64,000 nucleotides of DNA, taken from positions 192,697-256,696 of the forward strand of contig CAVVEL010000002.1 of NCBI GenBank assembly GCA_963747095.1, written 5' to 3'. Each line of letters starts with the position of its first letter. The first letter of the stretch is position 1. The notes beneath the pieces are model-generated. The model searched no databases and was not told the origin of the DNA. It was given only the letters and a program-made list of their open reading frames with translations. Source of the DNA: Terriglobia bacterium. Its GTDB lineage: Bacteria; Acidobacteriota; Terriglobia; JAJPHL01. Positions 62,576 through 64,000 of the stretch are shown here, one piece after another. The translations under genes were made by a program, and so were the position numbers.

Positions 62576-64000
62576 TTGAAACAACTACCGGACGTTTCCG
62601 GACAAGTATTACTTGTCGATGACGACAAGCGGCAGCTTGTGGTCCTGCAGGCCATTCTGGCCGAGCGCGATATCGAAACTCGCGTCGCCGGGGACGGCCG
62701 CGAAGCGCTGGACAGACTCAGCACCTTTACTCCCGATGTCATCGTCACCGACCTGGTGATGCCGGGCATGGACGGCTTTGAACTGCTCCAACTATTGAAG
62801 GACCGCGGCGATACGACGCCGGCGATCGTGCTGACCGGCTATGGCAGCATGGACAAAGCGCTACGCGTAGTCCATGACTTGAGCGCCTTCTGGTTTCTGG
62901 AAAAACCCGTGGAGCCGCACGCCTTCGAAATCCTCATCGACCGGGCCATTCTTCACACGCGAGCCTTGCGCGAAACCGAAGAAATGAAGCAGACGTTGAC
63001 GCTTCACGGAGTCCTCGGGGACCTGGTGGGAAAATCCGCGGCGATGCAGGAAGTGTACGCGGTCATCCGGCAAGCCGCGCCCACATCGGCGACCGTGCTC
63101 ATCTGTGGAGAGAGTGGCACCGGCAAGGAACTGGTCGCCCGAGAGATTCACAAGCTCAGCCCGCGAAGGAACGGCCCGTTCGTGGCCGTCAATGCCGCCG
63201 CGTTACCCGAAACTTTGATCGAAAGCGAGTTGTTCGGTCACGAGAAAGGCGCGTTTACGGGCGCGACCGAGCGCCGCGCGGGATGCTTCGAGCGGGCCCA
63301 CGGCGGGACGCTGCTGCTGGACGAAGTCGGCGATATGGCGCCGGCAATGCAGGCCAAGCTGTTGCGCGTACTGGAAGACTCCAAGGTGCAAAGATTGGGC
63401 GGCAAGGGAGACATTGGGGTCAACGTGCGCATGCTGGCCGCGACCAACCAGTCACCGGGAGCCAATCTGCGCGAAGATCTCTACTATCGTTTGAATGTCT
63501 TCCAAATCGTACTGGCGCCCCTGCGGGAACACAAGGAAGACATCCCGCTGATCGCCGACGTCATGATTCAGGCGCTCAACAAGAAGCACGGGATCCGCGT
63601 GAGCAACCTCGATCCCGAAGTGCTGCGTCTGTTCAACACCTACCATTGGCCGGGGAACGCCCGGGAGTTGCGCAACGTGATTGAGCGGGCCGCGATTGTG
63701 GCGGCGGTAGGAGCGATTCGTGTGAATCACCTGCCCTCTCCATTTTTCTTTGCGCAGTCCGCAGCCGGGGACGCCACATCGGCGCCGGGCGATGGCGGAA
63801 TTGTCATGCATCCCGGGCATCGCATGAGCGAGTCGGATGAAGCCTTCATCAAGGCCACGCTCGAGCACGCCGGAAACAATCGCAAGCGGGCCGCGGAAAT
63901 GCTTGGCATCAGCCTGCGAACGCTTCAGACGCGCCTCAACGAGTTCCGCAAGAAGGCCAAATCGGCGCAGTCTTCCTCTAGCGGCGAGATCAAGCCGGAT
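62576..64000 (+). CDS. Sigma-54-dependent response regulator (NtrC family), 3'-partial at window edge; TTG start inferred
   Basis: Receiver domain (LLVDDD...DVIVTDLVMPGMDG...VLTGYG), AAA+ sigma54-interaction domain (GESGTGKELVAREIH, GAFTGA, ESELFGHEKGAFTGA, GWPGNARELRNV), C-terminal Fis-type HTH (RKRAAEMLGISLRTLQ). Confidence 0.85.
   Translation, partial: MKQLPDVSGQVLLVDDDKRQLVVLQAILAERDIETRVAGDGREALDRLSTFTPDVIVTDLVMPGMDGFELLQLLKDRGDTTPAIVLTGYGSMDKALRVVHDLSAFWFLEKPVEPHAFEILIDRAILHTRALRETEEMKQTLTLHGVLGDLVGKSAAMQEVYAVIRQAAPTSATVLICGESGTGKELVAREIHKLSPRRNGPFVAVNAAALPETLIESELFGHEKGAFTGATERRAGCFERAHGGTLLLDEVGDMAPAMQAKLLRVLEDSKVQRLGGKGDIGVNVRMLAATNQSPGANLREDLYYRLNVFQIVLAPLREHKEDIPLIADVMIQALNKKHGIRVSNLDPEVLRLFNTYHWPGNARELRNVIERAAIVAAVGAIRVNHLPSPFFFAQSAAGDATSAPGDGGIVMHPGHRMSESDEAFIKATLEHAGNNRKRAAEMLGISLRTLQTRLNEFRKKAKSAQSSSSGEIKPD

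Overview
High-GC (~62-65%) chromosomal window, most likely from an Acidobacterium of the Solibacter/Bryobacter lineage. The basis is four secreted proteins that share the ~190-aa C-terminal module I recall as the 'Solibacter uncharacterized C-terminal domain'.

Layout:
(1) 1..~26000 is a polysaccharide (EPS) biosynthesis/export locus of the exosortase/PEP-CTERM-associated flavour. It holds two AsnB-type amidotransferase paralogs, two GT4 and one GT2 glycosyltransferases, a heparinase II/III-like protein, NHL and beta-helix secreted proteins, Wza-like exporter, an outer-membrane barrel, Wzc/GumC-like co-polymerase, a Crp/Fnr regulator, an M19 dipeptidase, a FemAB-like acyltransferase, a DegT aminotransferase, a NodB deacetylase, WecB and PPK2.
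(2) 25975..27875 is a Fic-family gene bracketed by 35-bp direct repeats and internally disrupted.
(3) 27791..37103 (minus strand) is a heavily frameshifted MdtABC-like efflux operon: membrane-fusion protein, TolC-like outer-membrane lipoprotein, RND, RND.
(4) 37434..39797 is a P-type ATPase.
(5) 40763..47192 is a giant IPT/TIG-repeat surface protein with near-identical 279-bp repeat units.
(6) 47667..53360 is an RHS/YD-repeat polymorphic toxin with a C-terminal HNH-type nuclease domain, plus an overlapping candidate immunity gene.
(7) 54055..57126 is a REP/RAYT cluster: one intact and one truncated IS200-like REP-associated tyrosine transposase with inverted and doublet REP-like repeats. It is followed by a duplicated P-type ATPase 3' fragment, two small membrane proteins, two divergent secreted proteins and a partial sigma-54 (NtrC-type) response regulator at the window edge.

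The most unusual signal is a 36-bp dispersed repeat that is stop-free in all six frames and sits in-frame inside three unrelated CDSs (GT4 C-terminus, DegT N-terminus, Fic core). This resembles Rickettsia palindromic elements.

Many genes carry apparent frameshifts. This may reflect indel errors in the assembly as much as pseudogenisation, but the density is clearly highest in the efflux operon.
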